Virus record (IMG/VR): IMGVR_UViG_3300029286_000024
Span: 1 to 64,000 of that record
DNA length: 64,000 bases
Source of the DNA: a virus
Reading direction: 5' to 3' (one strand)
Within the stretch, counting starts at the first letter, position 1. Every line of letters starts with the position of its first letter. Positions 63,923 to 64,000 of this stretch are shown here, piece by piece. Both the position numbers and the translations under genes were made by a program. The notes below the pieces were generated by a model. It ran no database searches. It had not been told where the DNA came from and worked only from the letters and a program-made list of their open reading frames with translations.

Positions 63923-64000
63923 TTATATCTCCGTTGTTGTGCGTAAGGTATCAGAAGGTTTAGGAAATGTCAAGGTTATTTTACTTGAGGAAGCCCGAAA

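Larger units (their letters stand above)
27719..63975 (-). repeat. Dispersed promoter repeat defining ~60-65 promoter+ORF cassettes: cTTGAC[A/T]-N17(…TGn)-TAnnnT-N6-(ATG or A-rich leader+GGAG)
   Basis: Forward [t/a]gtcaag recurs at nearly every gene boundary (e.g. 28089, 29142, 30788, 31024, 31723, 32009, 34488, 37046, 39290, 43680, 46555, 55857, 59654, 63969). Example on minus: CTTGACA TTACCCACTGAATGTGA TAGGGT ATACGC ATG. Confidence 0.92.

Noticed and set aside
27719-63975. CRISPR array or classical integron
   Set aside because: Repeats are degenerate promoters separated by 150-1000-nt ORFs, not constant repeats with short spacers. No cas genes, attC-type palindromes or IntI are visible.
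1-64000. Genome-wide TAG reassignment
   Set aside because: Long genes are uninterrupted under code 11 and TAG terminates genes at plausible positions. Recoding outside this window cannot be excluded.

Overview
This window looks like a 64-kb slice of a large, uncultured bacterial virus (jumbo/huge-phage-like) using genetic code 11. No capsid or terminase gene is in view, so the phage call rests on gene content and architecture. It has two sharply different halves that meet at an AT-rich, repeat-containing junction at about 26.9-27.6 kb, a candidate origin. LEFT (1-27.3 kb): larger genes on both strands. These include two poly-Ser proteins, a signal-peptide double-DUF4159 protein, an MT-A70 methyltransferase, thymidine kinase, a PNK-like kinase, a DUF262 protein, a metallophosphoesterase and a type IB topoisomerase. 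About 16 otherwise unrelated proteins share short N-terminal tags (MKIYR[LI][SA]-like, or MKIx[IL]xK[ST]QWExMGKxAGW), and the first tag also recurs internally at domain boundaries. Most tagged genes or operons sit behind a non-sigma70 promoter-like motif, AAGG-N18/19-GAA. I interpret this as a tag-addressed set of virion-packaged (injected) effectors. RIGHT (27.6-64 kb): about 60-65 tandem minus-strand 'promoter+small ORF' cassettes. Each has its own cTTGAC[A/T]-N17-TAnnnT promoter, many are leaderless, and the upstream ORF's TGA stop often lies inside the next cassette's -35 box. The array carries ArdC, GNAT, SprT, an AAA ATPase, a methyltransferase, a HAD protein, three papain-fold minis, tRNA-Lys(UUU), an amber-suppressor tRNA(CUA) and candidate structured RNAs. 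It has been invaded by a tnpB-only IS200/IS605 element (the interrupted gene can be reconstructed) and by an RHH+GIY-YIG endonuclease cassette. All family calls come from motif recognition by eye; no database searches were run.
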